Assembly: GCF_046054165.1 (NCBI RefSeq)
Contig: NZ_JBFNXK010000009.1
Span: 49,263-73,262 of the forward strand
Length of the DNA: 24,000 nucleotides
From: Celerinatantimonas sp. YJH-8
GTDB taxonomy: Bacteria > Pseudomonadota > Gammaproteobacteria > Enterobacterales > Celerinatantimonadaceae
Direction of reading: 5' to 3'
The translations under genes and the position numbers were made by a program. Shown here in pieces: positions 8,291-18,917 of this stretch; within the stretch, counting starts at the first letter, position 1; the number at the start of each line of letters is the position of its first letter. The notes below the pieces were generated by a model that saw only the letters and a list, made by a program, of their open reading frames with translations, did not search any database and was not told the origin of the DNA.

Positions 8291-9202
8291 ATGGATAACT
8301 CATCAATGATGCTGCGTAAAAATTTCGCCGACTTATTATCCTTTCAAGTCGTCGCTCGTGAAAAGAATTTTACTCGAGCTGCCGCTCAACTCCGGCTCTC
8401 TCAGTCAGCTCTGAGTCACTCGATTCGAGCCCTAGAGGAACGGATCGGAGTCCGTCTACTAAATCGAACCACTCGTCGGGTTTCTCTCACGTTGGCCGGG
8501 GAGCAGCTATTAAAAACTTTAGATCCCCATCTGGCTGAAATTGAAAATACGATCCAACAAATCGGTGCGAATCAGAACAGCCCTCGAGGATTAATTCGGC
8601 TCAGTACCACCGATCATGCCGCCAATACCGTACTATTGCCCAGACTGGCTCCGTTTATGCGCAAATATCCGGATATTCACATTGAAATCAATGTGCAGAA
8701 CCGTTTTATCGATATTGTTTCAGAACGTTTTGATGCCGGGATCCGCTTTGGTGATGATATTGCTCAAGATATGGTTGCGGTCAAACTCACCGGTGACATG
8801 CGCATGGCACTGGTCGGATCACCTGAATATTTTAAACATCAACCGGAACCTAAAACCCCTTATGATCTCTCGGAACATTCCTGTATCAACCTGCGATTGA
8901 TGTCGACTGGCAGTTTGTATAATTGGGAATTTAAAAAAGATAACCATGAATTCAGTGTTCCGGTCAACGGCGCTTTTACAGCCAACACCTCACAGCTGAT
9001 TATTAATGCGGCCCTCAATGGTGTGGGGCTCGCTTATGTTCCGGAAGATTTAATCATGGACGATATTCAAACTGGGAAATTAGTCCACGTTCTCGAAGAT
9101 TGGAGCCCCTATTTCCCAGGCTATTATCTCTATTATCCCAGCCGTCGCCAGCACAATACGGCCTTTTTGCTACTGCTGGAAGCCTTGCGTCATCATGAAT
9201 AG
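8291..9202 (+). CDS. LysR-family transcriptional regulator
   Basis: N-terminal HTH LLSFQVVAREKNFTRAAAQLRLSQSALSHSIRALEERIG followed by a LysR substrate-binding domain. The track start at 8210 is a TTG that adds an implausible leader. ATG 8291 is preferred, and ATG 8306/8309 are possible. Stop TAG at 9200-9202. Confidence 0.88.
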   Translation: MDNSSMMLRKNFADLLSFQVVAREKNFTRAAAQLRLSQSALSHSIRALEERIGVRLLNRTTRRVSLTLAGEQLLKTLDPHLAEIENTIQQIGANQNSPRGLIRLSTTDHAANTVLLPRLAPFMRKYPDIHIEINVQNRFIDIVSERFDAGIRFGDDIAQDMVAVKLTGDMRMALVGSPEYFKHQPEPKTPYDLSEHSCINLRLMSTGSLYNWEFKKDNHEFSVPVNGAFTANTSQLIINAALNGVGLAYVPEDLIMDDIQTGKLVHVLEDWSPYFPGYYLYYPSRRQHNTAFLLLLEALRHHE

Positions 9203-9207
9203 TTTCC

Positions 9208-9240
9208 TTCCCCTTTCATCTTGCTGAGCAGAAAGGGGAA
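9208..9240. terminator. Hairpin between the convergent LysR and LacI-family genes
   Basis: Perfect 10-bp stem ttcccctttc / gaaaggggaa with a 13-nt loop, lying between the stops at 9202 and 9249. No clear U-tract on either strand. Confidence 0.4.
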
Positions 9241-9248
9241 CGATAAAT

Positions 9249-10265
9249 TCAGGCATTCATTTGCGGGACACCCACCGAATCTCGCACAATCAATTCACCT
9301 TCAATCGCCTGCGTAGTTGCAGCCGGTGGCTCCCCTAGCAGATGTAATATAGCCTGTTCGACCATCGCCCGAATCGGCACATTCACTGTCGTCAATGACG
9401 GATAGCTATATCGGCTCATGGTACTGTTATCAAAACCAGCAATGGAGACATCTTCCGGGATCCGCAGCTTGGCTTCACGCAGTGCCCTCATCGCTCCGGT
9501 CGCCATATCATCATTACCCGCTAAAATGACTGTAAAAGGTACGTTTCGGGAGAGTAGCGTCTTGCCAGCCAAATAACCACTTTCGGTTGACCAGTCTCCG
9601 GGCACAATCAACTGTTCATCCGGTTCAATACCATATTCCTTTAATTTATCCAGATAAGCACTAAATCGAGCTTGGCCACTGGGCGAATGCGCTCGCCCCT
9701 GGATAAAGGCAATGCGCCGATGCCCTTGACTCAAGATATAGTCCATCATCGCCTGAGCACTTTGATAATGATCCATCACCACATAGTCGGAGTCGTTCCC
9801 GGGAAGTTGCCGATTAATCACCACAATCGGGGTTTGATTCTTGGCAATGATTTCTGCGAGCTCATCACCAGAGAGATATTCGGGATAAATTAAAATCCCG
9901 GCACAACGCATATCCAGCAAAAAATCGATGGCTCGACGCTCATCATCAGCACTATGCTTGCCATCGGCTAACATTAACTGATGCTGATACGTTTCACTGA
10001 AAGACGCCGCCGCATACACAAATGATGAAAAATAAGGGCCATTATATAAACCGTTGGTCATAATGAGTCCCAGCAGATTCGTTTTCTGAGTGGCCATCTG
10101 CCGAGCCAATAAATTAGGTCGATAACCGGTTTCTTCAATCGCTCGATAAACCAGCTCTTTCACTGCATCACTGACGATATTTTTACCGTTGAGCACTCGT
10201 GATACCGTTGCCTTTGAAACGCCCGCTTTTTTTGCCACATCAAGCATTGTGATCATGGTTGTCAT
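9249..10265 (-). CDS. LacI-family transcriptional repressor (probable beta-glucoside operon regulator)
   Basis: N-terminal HTH MLDVAKKAGVSKATVSRVLNGKN followed by a periplasmic-binding-protein-like sugar-binding core. AAGG lies 6 nt before the ATG at 10265. The gene is last in the bglF-bglA string. Confidence 0.9.
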   Translation of the reverse strand: MTTMITMLDVAKKAGVSKATVSRVLNGKNIVSDAVKELVYRAIEETGYRPNLLARQMATQKTNLLGLIMTNGLYNGPYFSSFVYAAASFSETYQHQLMLADGKHSADDERRAIDFLLDMRCAGILIYPEYLSGDELAEIIAKNQTPIVVINRQLPGNDSDYVVMDHYQSAQAMMDYILSQGHRRIAFIQGRAHSPSGQARFSAYLDKLKEYGIEPDEQLIVPGDWSTESGYLAGKTLLSRNVPFTVILAGNDDMATGAMRALREAKLRIPEDVSIAGFDNSTMSRYSYPSLTTVNVPIRAMVEQAILHLLGEPPAATTQAIEGELIVRDSVGVPQMNA

Positions 10266-10290
10266 CTGACCTTATCATTCCTATCAATCA

Positions 10291-10316
10291 CAGAGCCGGA
10301 TTAAAATCCGGCTCTG
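10291..10316 (-). terminator. Hairpin or partial terminator after bglA
   Basis: Perfect 10-bp stem cagagccgga / tccggctctg with a 6-nt loop, 8 nt after the bglA stop. The minus-strand tail is TGATTGAT, a weak U-tract. Confidence 0.55.
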
Positions 10317-10323
10317 ATATTAT

Positions 10324-11766
<1,443 letters not shown>

Positions 11767-11781
11767 TTAATTTCCTCTTTG

Positions 11782-13665
11782 TTAATGTGAAAGTTGTAAA
11801 ACAGGTTGACCCAATGTGATGTTCTGCGCATCCGTCATCGGATTGAGCGTAAATTCATCACTATTGACCACTAAAAATGGGGTCGTTAAGTCATATCCTG
11901 ACTGCTGAATTTTATCTTTTTCAAAATAAATCAATGGATCACCTGTTTTCACGCGATCGCCTTCGTGAACAACAGTGTTAAAATATTGACCTTTCAAATT
12001 TACCGTATCTAATCCGACATGGATCAAAAGTTCGGCCCCATTATCACTGGTTAATCCAACGGCATGCTGTGAATCAATAACCGAAGAAACAACCGCATCG
12101 CAAGGGGATTTCACGACCCCATCGTTTGGTGTAAAAGCAACACCATCCCCCAGCATTTTCTGAGAAAACATCTCATCATGGACCTGATCTAACGCCATTA
12201 ATGAACCATTGACCGGACTGACTAAAGTTAATACCGCCGTTGCATGAGAACCTTGTGACTCAGGTGTCGCCGCAGATTCAACGCTATCTTCTTCGGGTTG
12301 CGGATCATCAAATCCCACCCAATACACCAGAATGATGGTCACCACAATCGCCACGATCGAGCCTGCTATTTCACCGATAAATGAACTGGGATTTTCAGCA
12401 CTAATCGCATTCACCGTTGTTAAAATACTCGGAAGCCCGGCATACACATAATAATAGCTGCCAAATAAACTCACGACGACCGCACCGACCGCCCCACCGA
12501 TACAACCGCAGACAAATGGTTTTTTCAGTCGTAAGGTCACCCCATAGATGGCCGGTTCAGTAATTCCGAAGACCCCGGTTAGCCCGGCAGAAAAACAAGT
12601 GGTTTTAAAGAGCTTGTTCCGACTGCGAAATCCACAGGCAAAGGCCGCCGCCATTTGTCCGATAACCGCAACAGTCTGAAAAGCCTGAAACGAATCATGA
12701 CCGTAAACCTGGAAATTGGCAAACACCACTGGCGTGATCCCCCAGTGAACGCCAAAAATCACGATAATTTGCCAAACGCCGCCAATAACCGCAGCCGCCA
12801 ATGGCGGAAATAAGGCATACAGCCAGTTGTATCCTTGCGCAATCCAGGTAGCAATTTCTGTAGTTACCGGACCAATCACGACCAGTGTCAACGGCACCAT
12901 AATGGCCACACAGATCAACGGGGTAAATAAAGCTTTAACGACATCCGGTAAAATTCGTTCAACCCAGCGTTCAACCCAAGATAACCCCCAAACTAAAAAT
13001 ATCGGTGGTAATACCGATGAGGTATAAACCACTTTAGATAACGGTAATCCAGCAAAGGTGATCGATTGTCCCTGTGCAATCTCAGCCGCCATCTTGGCCC
13101 ACTCTGGATTAATCAGTGCACAACAGCAAAAAACCGAAATAAATGGATTACATTTAAAATGTTTGGCTGCGGTAATCCCGATAAATACCGGGAGGAAACT
13201 AAAGGGGGTCCATGAAATAAAATTAAGAACATTAAAGGCCCCGGTATGTATAAATTCCGGGAAAGCCAGTTTCGACAGAATTAAAATCCCCTGTAGGATC
13301 CCAGCGGCCGCCAAAATATAAATGACCGGCGCAAAAATGCCTGCCATCGCCGCAATCAATGAATCCAGAATCCCTTTTTTTGCGACATTGGCACTGGCCA
13401 TCAAACTCACATTGACCAATCCAGATATGGCCTCATAAACATCACCGACATGAGTTCCAATAACAACCTGAAATTGTCCACCTGCCAAAATAACTGTAAT
13501 CACGCCCGGCAATTTTTTAATCCGTTCAACAGCCGTGTCCGGGCACGTTTTAAGCTCTAACCGAAGCCGGGTCGCACAACGGTTAATACTGACTAAATTA
13601 GCTTCTCCTCCTACCTCCTGGAGAATATCCTGTGCTAACTTCGAATAATCTCTTATTTTCGCCAT
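11782..13665 (-). CDS. bglF: PTS beta-glucoside-specific EIIBCA component
   Basis: EIIB active-site motif CATRLRL near the N-terminus, a polytopic EIIC core, and a C-terminal EIIA-Glc domain (LIHVGLDTVNLKGQ). 627 aa, against 625 aa for E. coli BglF as I recall. A 15-nt gap with an RBS separates it from bglA. Confidence 0.88.
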   Translation of the reverse strand: MAKIRDYSKLAQDILQEVGGEANLVSINRCATRLRLELKTCPDTAVERIKKLPGVITVILAGGQFQVVIGTHVGDVYEAISGLVNVSLMASANVAKKGILDSLIAAMAGIFAPVIYILAAAGILQGILILSKLAFPEFIHTGAFNVLNFISWTPFSFLPVFIGITAAKHFKCNPFISVFCCCALINPEWAKMAAEIAQGQSITFAGLPLSKVVYTSSVLPPIFLVWGLSWVERWVERILPDVVKALFTPLICVAIMVPLTLVVIGPVTTEIATWIAQGYNWLYALFPPLAAAVIGGVWQIIVIFGVHWGITPVVFANFQVYGHDSFQAFQTVAVIGQMAAAFACGFRSRNKLFKTTCFSAGLTGVFGITEPAIYGVTLRLKKPFVCGCIGGAVGAVVVSLFGSYYYVYAGLPSILTTVNAISAENPSSFIGEIAGSIVAIVVTIILVYWVGFDDPQPEEDSVESAATPESQGSHATAVLTLVSPVNGSLMALDQVHDEMFSQKMLGDGVAFTPNDGVVKSPCDAVVSSVIDSQHAVGLTSDNGAELLIHVGLDTVNLKGQYFNTVVHEGDRVKTGDPLIYFEKDKIQQSGYDLTTPFLVVNSDEFTLNPMTDAQNITLGQPVLQLSH

Positions 13666-13692
13666 GATGCCCTCTTTATTCGAATAAGTTTA

Positions 13693-13706
13693 TGAAACCG
13701 ATTTCA
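13693..13706. promoter_or_regulatory. LacI-family operator 1 (TGAAACCGATTTCA)
   Basis: 14-bp near-palindrome fitting the LacI/GalR-family pattern TGnAAnCGnTTnCA. It lies 28-41 nt upstream of the bglF ATG. Confidence 0.6.
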
Positions 13707-13730
13707 AACATGAATTTGAACCCATCGCTT

Positions 13731-13744
13731 TGCAACCGGTTTCA
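13731..13744. promoter_or_regulatory. LacI-family operator 2 (TGCAACCGGTTTCA)
   Basis: Second 14-bp near-palindrome with the same pattern, 38 bp centre-to-centre from operator 1. Confidence 0.55.
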
Positions 13745-14591
13745 AATAGAGGTGTGCGACTGATCGCTATTTGATGAAGTTATTTGTAAGAAATGAGCGG
13801 CAAGATCACAGAATGTGATAAGCCTTAAAAACCATCCTGATAGGATCAAGCAAAGGTCATATCCGATGCCATTTATCCGGAGCACCCAGCGTCTTTGGGA
13901 TGCGAAAAGCCATAGCTCTCGATACAAAATTACCGGCTGCGGGCCACCCCTGAAAATCGTGATCACGCAGCATCGATGCAGCGTCGTCATCTTTCTGGAG
14001 CTACCATTGGGACTCATGAGTTCTCGCTATAATTCATAACTTTTTATTACAACTCATTCCGTTGCATTACTTTAAATAAAACATTTATTCTACAAATAAT
14101 AACCTGTTGCAAACATCGTCATACAAAATACAACCGTTACAGTTAATATAGGTGGGTTTAAGCTATCGCAAGCTACCTCATCGCCTTAATGATCCATATA
14201 ACGCTAACGCGCGAAGATGACGGAAGCGAGAGCCAGCTCAAGTATTTAACAAGTTATTTATAAGATAATCACATATATTTAAAGACTTCTTGTATGTGCT
14301 CTATGTTCAGTGGTTGAGCATCTGATTCTGAACTATGTTTTCATCCCAATTACGGCCTGAAAGCATGATCTCAACTGTCTGAATAGGCCTTAGGAGTAAA
14401 GCTGAAAGTTAGCGGTGGTGAATCCGATAGAATTGCAGTGTTTGGCCACATTTATCTGCACATGGCCGACATGTTATAGCTGCTTCTCCCCTTTCACTTT
14501 CTGTCTGACTGCTGTTTATAACGATGGATGAAAGATTATCTCAGGTAATCACCGCATCCTAACAATAACGAGATAGATAAAGGAGAATGCC

Positions 14592-15983
14592 ATGGCTTAC
14601 GCCACTACCAATCCTTATACAGGGGAACTCATTAAAACGTTTCCGGATGCAACTGATGAAGAAGTCAGTCAGGCATTGGAAACCGGGCATGCCGCTTTTC
14701 TCGAATGGAAAACGACTAGTTTTGAAACCCGTCGGACAATTCTTCAAAAAGCCGCCGACTTGCTTCGTCAGGATTCCACCAAATACGCAAAATTACTCAC
14801 TCTCGAAATGGGTAAACTCTTAGCTGAAGCCGAAGGTGAAGTTGAACTCTCCGCTAAAATTCTCGAATACTACGTCCAGAATGCCGAAAAACTTTTAGCA
14901 CCGGAACCCCTTCCTGTTGAAGATCCAGCCGAAGGCCAAGCCGAACTCGTCCATGAACCGTTAGGGATCATTCTGGCCATTGAACCTTGGAACTTCCCAT
15001 TTTATCAAATCGCCCGTATTCTGGCGCCCCAACTATCGGCCGGAAACGTATTGCTCCTTAAACACGCTTCGAACGTTCCCCAATGTGCCCATGCATTTGA
15101 ACAACTAATGCTAGATGCCGGGTTACCGAAAGGTTGCTTTAAAAATCTGTACGCGACTCGTTCTCAAATCGAAATGATCCTGAATGACCGCCGGGTACAC
15201 GGTGTGGCCCTGACCGGTTCAGAAGGCGCTGGGGCGATTGTCGCATCGCAAGCCGCCAAAGCGCTGAAAAAATCCACTATGGAACTGGGTGGCGCCGATG
15301 CATTTGTGATCCTAAAAGATGCCGATCTTCCCAAAACGACCCAGTGGGCTGTTTTTGGTCGTCACTGGAACGGCGGACAGGTCTGCGTTTCCTCAAAACG
15401 AATGATTGTCGTAGACGATGTTTATGATGAATTTTTAAAAGGTTATCAAGAAGGTGTAGCGGCTTTGAAAATCGGCGATCCGATGGATCCAGCCACTACT
15501 CTGGCGCCACTTTCATCCAAAGGGGCTGCTGATGAAGTGCGTCATCAGATTCAAGAAGCGGTCGCCCATGGTGCAACCGCAACTGAAGTTGGCCCGAAAG
15601 TTCCTGAAGATACCGCGTTCGTTCAGCCAACTATTCTGACTGGCTTAACACCAGATAATCCAGCCTACTACTGGGAATTCTTCGGTCCAGTATCCTTAAT
15701 CTTTAAAGCCAAAGATGAAGCAGAAGCCATTGCCATAGCGAATGATTCTCCATTTGGTCTGGGGGGGTCCGTTTTCACTCAGGATCTGAAACATGGTAAA
15801 GAAGTCGCACAGCAAATTTCAACCGGGATGGTTTTCGTCAACCACCCAACCATGGTGAAAGCCGATTTGCCATTTGGTGGTATTCGCCGCTCCGGTTATG
15901 GCCGGGAGTTACTGGGCTTAGGCCTGAAAGAGTTTGTAAACCACAAACTGATCGACGTCGTTGATATCGATGCTCCATTCTAA
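14592..15983 (+). CDS. NAD(P)+-dependent aldehyde dehydrogenase, Sad/YneI-like succinate-semialdehyde dehydrogenase family
   Basis: AAAGGAG RBS 6 nt before the ATG at 14592. Motifs PWNFP, catalytic Glu in MELGG and catalytic Cys in GQVCVSSKR. 463 aa, collinear with my recollection of E. coli YneI. Confidence 0.9.
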   Translation: MAYATTNPYTGELIKTFPDATDEEVSQALETGHAAFLEWKTTSFETRRTILQKAADLLRQDSTKYAKLLTLEMGKLLAEAEGEVELSAKILEYYVQNAEKLLAPEPLPVEDPAEGQAELVHEPLGIILAIEPWNFPFYQIARILAPQLSAGNVLLLKHASNVPQCAHAFEQLMLDAGLPKGCFKNLYATRSQIEMILNDRRVHGVALTGSEGAGAIVASQAAKALKKSTMELGGADAFVILKDADLPKTTQWAVFGRHWNGGQVCVSSKRMIVVDDVYDEFLKGYQEGVAALKIGDPMDPATTLAPLSSKGAADEVRHQIQEAVAHGATATEVGPKVPEDTAFVQPTILTGLTPDNPAYYWEFFGPVSLIFKAKDEAEAIAIANDSPFGLGGSVFTQDLKHGKEVAQQISTGMVFVNHPTMVKADLPFGGIRRSGYGRELLGLGLKEFVNHKLIDVVDIDAPF

Positions 15984-16006
15984 TGCTCCTAAATGATTCA
16001 CCGATC

Positions 16007-16036
16007 AAAAGAGCCGCTGTTGCGGCTCTTTTCTTT
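16007..16036. terminator. Bidirectional rho-independent terminator
   Basis: Perfect 11-bp stem aaaagagccgc / gcggctctttt with loop tgtt. The plus-strand tail is TTTTCTTTG and the minus-strand tail is TTTTGAT. It lies between the convergent dehydrogenase and cupin genes. Confidence 0.85.
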
Positions 16037-16079
16037 GATAGATACCCGCATTGCAAGCAGGATAGATGCGGCCTTTAGC

Positions 16080-16397
16080 TCAGGCCATTGTGGTCCCCTC
16101 TTTTTCAGCATGGGCGACATAAACAGAATCTTCCAATGCGGCAATCGTATGCACCTTATCCTGAGGAATTTTTAATTTTTGTCCGGCCTGTAGTTGCTTG
16201 CGATTAATCGCTAATGTTCCCTGTAAGACTTCTATTTTTTCCCATCCCGGATGCGAGTGTGCCGGTAAAGCACACGCTTTAGCCATTTTGACAACATAGA
16301 CCGCTTGAGCAATATCCTGCCGATGGATCACACTGAAAAAAATGCCTTCAAACTGGCTGGGTTGCCAGTGATCAATTTTAGAAAGATCAATCTGCAT
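16080..16397 (-). CDS. Small cupin-domain protein (WbuC-like size and fold class)
   Basis: Cupin metal motif PAHSHPGWEKIEVLQG followed by a later His (KVHTIAALE). GGAGG RBS 5-9 nt upstream of the ATG at 16397. The track's extra first codon (16398-16400) is a TTG. Confidence 0.75.
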   Translation of the reverse strand: MQIDLSKIDHWQPSQFEGIFFSVIHRQDIAQAVYVVKMAKACALPAHSHPGWEKIEVLQGTLAINRKQLQAGQKLKIPQDKVHTIAALEDSVYVAHAEKEGTTMA

Positions 16398-16516
16398 CAA
16401 ACCTCCCTCCCCTCATAACGCCTCTCAAGACTGCGGATCAAGATCACCCAGTCTTTTATCATTCTCTTGTAAAGACAATACGCTATCGAGGAAGGCGGCG
16501 TCCATTCCAATCAATA

Positions 16517-16547
16517 GCTCCATCGCAACATTTTGCCGCGATGGAGC
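16517..16547 (-). terminator. Candidate terminator after eptA
   Basis: Perfect 10-bp stem gctccatcgc / gcgatggagc with an 11-nt loop, 49 nt after the eptA stop. The minus-strand tail is TATTGATTGG. Confidence 0.5.
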
Positions 16548-16595
16548 CTCATGAATAGATGAATACTGAACATTATCAAGACGAAGAACAGCTAT

Positions 16596-18233
16596 TTAGT
16601 TCTTCCGACACCGAGAGAAGATGTCCTGCGCTGGTCGATATACCGATGTTTGCACATCCATAATCCCCAGTAACGAATCAAAGATGTTGTCTTGGCTCTG
16701 TCCACCTTCATCTGCAACTGATTTAAGACAACTACGATTTAATTGCTTCGCTTGGATCAAGCCATCAGAAAACCACATCATTAAAGGAACATGAGTTTGA
16801 TACTTCGGCGCAAACCGGTAAGGTGCGCCATGCAGGAATAACCCATCTTCGCCTAATGACTCGCCATGATCGGATATATAAATCACGCCAACATTATAGT
16901 GATCTTGCAGCGATTTAAGCTTTTCAATCACCTGATTAAACACATAATCGGTATAGCGCAGCGTATTATCATAAGTATTCACGATCTCTTGAACCGAACA
17001 GTTTTCAATATCGGCTCGCTGACAATCCGGCTGGAAATGCGCCATTGACTTCGGATAACGCTGGAAATAAGTGGGACCATGACTGCCGATTAAATGTAGA
17101 AAAATAGCCCGGTTTCCCTTCATGGCATTAATTTCCTGATCCAAATCCGTCAACAGTGCCATATCATAACAGGTACGTCCATTACACAGAGGGTTACTCT
17201 TATCCACCGTTAATTCAACTTTCTGGATCCCTTGGGCCACATGTTTATCCCCCCCGTCATTTTCTTTCCAGAGGAGATCGATGCCAGCACGCTTCATAAT
17301 ATCGATCGCATTATCCTGATGATCGGCCAAATCTCGATCAAACTTCGTACGATTCATATGTGAGAACATACACGGAACCGAAATAGCCGTCGCCGTTCCG
17401 CAACTCGCTACATTTTTAAAGTTATAGGTCGACTGGCCCTGCGAATAAGGCGTGGTATTCCGTGCATAACCATTAAACGAAAAATTCTGAGCCCGCGCAG
17501 TTTCCCCCACCATAAAAATCAATACGGTTGGTTTTTGCTGTGCCAGTTGCAATGCTGCGGTAGATTGATGCGCGTCTTCTCCCAAAAATTGATAAGGAAT
17601 CGGCGCCGAAAAATATTCTTTTCTCAGATAACGATAGCTATTGTGAATAAACGCTGTGGGTACAATCCGATCCGCAATAAAGCGATTATTACGCACAACC
17701 GAGGCGTAATCCTGATAAAAGAAGAAAGCAATCACCAGAATACCTACGACAGAAGCCGCAACATAAATGATTTTTTTCAGACAGAAAATAATGATCGATT
17801 CCCGCTTGATCGGCCACACCGCCAATAGATAAGCCGGAAGGATCCCCAGCAGCAAGAACCAGATAAACGAATAGGCGCTAAAATAAGACGAAGCTTCGCT
17901 GCTGTTAGTTTCAAACAGGTTACGGATCATCGACTTATCAAAGATGATGCCATAGTTAAACTCAGCGTAACTCAGCAAACTAGAAACAATCAGGATCAGA
18001 ATAAAAAACGGTTTAATTAAATAAGGCCAGCTCAACACATTAAATAATATATTGAGTGCCAATATAAAGAATATCGGAACGGAAATAGCAAACCCAATAC
18101 TAAAATTATCCAGGCTGGATAATATTTTATGGAGATCACTATAGACCGGGACATTCAAAATTAAAGAGAAAAATGTGGCTAACACCAATGTCATATTGGC
18201 ATTAGATAACCGAAATCGTGCTAATAATTTCAT
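16596..18233 (-). CDS. eptA: Lipid A phosphoethanolamine transferase, EptA/MCR family (MCR-3/9-like by motif recollection)
   Basis: Five N-terminal TM helices plus a sulfatase-fold periplasmic domain. Motifs:
- Zn ligand Glu in MVGETARAQNFSFNGY (E244);
- nucleophile Thr in SCGTATAISVPCMFS (T279, codon 17397-17399);
- WKENDGG;
- HLIGSHGPTY;
- SDHGESLGE;
- LHGAPY.
The ATG at 18233 overlaps the dgkA TGA (ATGA). Confidence 0.93.
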   Translation of the reverse strand: MKLLARFRLSNANMTLVLATFFSLILNVPVYSDLHKILSSLDNFSIGFAISVPIFFILALNILFNVLSWPYLIKPFFILILIVSSLLSYAEFNYGIIFDKSMIRNLFETNSSEASSYFSAYSFIWFLLLGILPAYLLAVWPIKRESIIIFCLKKIIYVAASVVGILVIAFFFYQDYASVVRNNRFIADRIVPTAFIHNSYRYLRKEYFSAPIPYQFLGEDAHQSTAALQLAQQKPTVLIFMVGETARAQNFSFNGYARNTTPYSQGQSTYNFKNVASCGTATAISVPCMFSHMNRTKFDRDLADHQDNAIDIMKRAGIDLLWKENDGGDKHVAQGIQKVELTVDKSNPLCNGRTCYDMALLTDLDQEINAMKGNRAIFLHLIGSHGPTYFQRYPKSMAHFQPDCQRADIENCSVQEIVNTYDNTLRYTDYVFNQVIEKLKSLQDHYNVGVIYISDHGESLGEDGLFLHGAPYRFAPKYQTHVPLMMWFSDGLIQAKQLNRSCLKSVADEGGQSQDNIFDSLLGIMDVQTSVYRPAQDIFSRCRKN

Positions 18234-18598
18234 CGTACGACCAGAATCAAAACCCAGGTAAGAATAGCCAGACAGATCGCAACCAACACCGCTGCTGACC
18301 CTAAATCTTTCGCTAAACCGCTTAACTCATGCCAATCCGGACCGATGCGATCCACCACAGCCTCAATCGCTGAATTTAGGAGCTCACAAATGATGACGCC
18401 CACCAAACTAGATATCATTAAAATCTGTTCCACCACAGTAACGGGCAGAAAAAAAGAAATAATAATCAATGGGATAGCGACCATCACCTCCTGACGAAAA
18501 GCAGCCTCATTTTTCCAGGCAAAACGAAATCCCTGAATTGAATAACGGGTTGCATAAATAATTCGGCTCACGCCAGTTCGCGTATGTGCTTGGTGCAT
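18230..18598 (-). CDS. dgkA: Diacylglycerol kinase
   Basis: 122 aa. WKNEAAFRQE and LNSAIEAVVDRIGPDWHELSGLAKDLGSAAV closely match my recollection of E. coli DgkA. A strong RBS, TAAGGAGG, precedes the ATG at 18598. Confidence 0.93.
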   Translation of the reverse strand: MHQAHTRTGVSRIIYATRYSIQGFRFAWKNEAAFRQEVMVAIPLIIISFFLPVTVVEQILMISSLVGVIICELLNSAIEAVVDRIGPDWHELSGLAKDLGSAAVLVAICLAILTWVLILVVR

Positions 18599-18715
18599 AG
18601 CTACCTCCTTAACTTAAGCTATGGATCCTTGGCTCAATAAAACGATGGCAAGTTGTTGATTATTCTCTTCATCATAACAACCGCCATAGTTAGCCCCATA
18701 TCGTAATAAACAACT

Positions 18716-18732
18716 CTTAAGATAAACTTAAG
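18716..18732. promoter_or_regulatory. PmrA/BasR-type direct-repeat box CTTAAG-ataaa-CTTAAG upstream of dgkA-eptA
   Basis: Exact fit to the PmrA box consensus YTTAAK-N5-YTTAAK. It lies 118-134 nt upstream of the dgkA ATG, in a 320-bp AT-rich spacer next to a PmrA/QseB-subfamily response regulator gene. Confidence 0.55.
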
Positions 18733-18917
18733 AAACAGCCCTAAATAAAAGATAGTTTAAAAAAATATGACAGGACATAAATTTGATAAAAAATTTTTAA
18801 GAATATGCTTTTTAAACAACATGTTATTTATACATGTTTAAATGGAATATGAGAGATTCCGTAGTCGATTGATGCCAAAATGAAAGTAAATTATTAGATT
18901 TATTTTTAATTTGGAAC

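Noticed and set aside
13792-13819. Possible CRP site (aaatgagcggcaagatcaca) and the palindrome ATCACAgaaTGTGAT
   Set aside because: Only the TCACA half matches. With the required N6 spacing the other half is GAGCG, matching 0 of 5 positions. The palindrome has inverted half-site orientation and spacing relative to the CRP consensus.
13742-14039. Mutually antisense ORFs 13742..14017(-) and 13815..14039(+)
   Set aside because: They overlap each other almost completely, their compositions are Cys/Arg/Ser-rich, they lack an RBS, and the first runs through the LacI operator. They are probably not coding.
14559-14823. ORFs 14559..14747(-) and 14587..14823(+) at the dehydrogenase start
   Set aside because: They are out of frame or antisense to the dehydrogenase CDS, whose ATG at 14592 has the properly spaced AAAGGAG RBS.
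15838-16175. ORFs 15838..16056(-) and 15993..16175(+)
   Set aside because: They span the bidirectional terminator and overlap the real gene ends, with no motif support.
16866-17828. Plus-strand ORFs 16866..17048 and 17535..17828 inside eptA
   Set aside because: They are antisense shadows of eptA.
18811-18842. AT-rich imperfect palindrome TTTAAACA-ACATGT-tatttat-ACATGT-TTAAA downstream of the kinase gene
   Set aside because: The arms are short, very AT-rich and imperfect. This is plausible by chance in a ~25% G+C spacer. It is not a convincing terminator, and I know of no binding-site family that fits.
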